Below are positions 63,715 to 64,000 of a DNA stretch of 64,000 bases, one piece after another. The notes under the pieces are model-generated. The model was not told where the DNA came from. It searched no databases and was given only the letters and a program-made list of their open reading frames with translations. Origin of the DNA: an uncultured Bacteroidales bacterium (GTDB taxonomy: Bacteria; Bacteroidota; Bacteroidia; Bacteroidales; WCHB1-69); the NCBI GenBank assembly GCA_937901455.1, contig CALDIA010000088.1, positions 1,479 through 65,478 on the forward strand, in the 5' to 3' direction. The stretch's first letter is position 1. Each line of letters begins with the position of its first letter. Made by a program: the position numbers and the translations under genes.

Positions 63715-64000
63715 ATGGATGCACTTCTGAAGATTGAAAACCTCTCGTTGGATTTGCGGCAGGATGGTGAATGGAAATCTATCTTGCGGAATGTAAACTT
63801 TGCCATTGCGCCAGGTGAGACCATCGGCGTGGTGGGCGAGTCAGGATCCGGCAAATCGGTGACAGCCTTGTCGGTTATGCGCCTGCTGCATTCTAAGAAC
63901 GCCCGCTACCCGTCGGGACAGATTTGCTTTCATGCTGTTGAAGAGGAATCGGTCAACCTGCTGGCAGTTTCTGAACAGGAGATGAACCGCATACGGGGAC
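63715..64000 (+). CDS. ABC transporter ATP-binding protein, DppD/OppD-like (N-terminal part; continues beyond the window)
   Basis: The frame is open from ATG 63715 to the window end: 'MDALLKIENLSLDL...FAIAPGETIGVVGESGSGKSVTALSVMRLL' (Walker A). It is not in the ORF track, probably because no stop is reached. Confidence 0.8.
   Translation, partial: MDALLKIENLSLDLRQDGEWKSILRNVNFAIAPGETIGVVGESGSGKSVTALSVMRLLHSKNARYPSGQICFHAVEEESVNLLAVSEQEMNRIRG

Noticed and set aside
1-64000. I looked for CRISPR arrays, tRNA/rRNA/tmRNA/SRP/RNase P genes, riboswitches upstream of the purine genes, IS elements or integrases, long terminal inverted repeats, and invertible-promoter structures.
   Set aside because: I found no regularly spaced direct repeats, no cloverleaf-capable segments or conserved RNA boxes in the intergenic regions, and no transposase or recombinase-like ORF. 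The only long repeats are the diverged coding modules of the giant gene. A covariance-model scan (Infernal/Rfam, tRNAscan-SE) would be needed to exclude small RNAs.

Overview
This is a 64-kb chromosomal segment of roughly 50% GC (by eye) that looks like a Bacteroidota, Bacteroidales-like genome. The signs are recurrent TAnnTTTG -7 promoter boxes 20-60 nt upstream of start codons, T9SS C-terminal sorting domains, and LpxK, LptF/G and OmpA/MotB-like lipoprotein genes. I call about 50 protein-coding genes. Most are housekeeping: purL, purA, guaA, alaS, grpE-dnaJ, gmk, tadA, mutY, engB, folP, coaE, rpe, gpsA, lpxK, phoH and truA. Many are chained by 1-4 nt start/stop overlaps. The accessory content is as follows. 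(1) A 2,610-aa T9SS-sorted surface protein carries eight tandem ~250-aa modules (MAM / choice-of-anchor-J-like domain plus FN3). (2) Two further predicted T9SS cargos are present: a C10 cysteine peptidase with a type-A CTD and an 893-aa beta-helix/PKD protein with a type-B CTD. (3) Two small glycan-type gene triads are present: opine dehydrogenase / Wzx flippase / LbH acyltransferase, and GT2 / small phosphoglycosyl transferase / DegT aminotransferase. (4) Three decayed loci are present: a frameshifted AbiEi/AbiEii cassette between guaA and alaS, an AlkD-like DNA-alkylation-repair gene with an in-frame internal deletion, and an unassignable broken ORF at 8.4-8.8 kb. I recognised no rRNA, tRNA, CRISPR array, integrase/transposase or intact multi-gene defence system. 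I cannot point to a convincing intact novel multi-gene system. The best candidates for new biology are the giant modular T9SS protein and the opine-dehydrogenase triad. All family assignments come from motif recognition by eye, not from searches.
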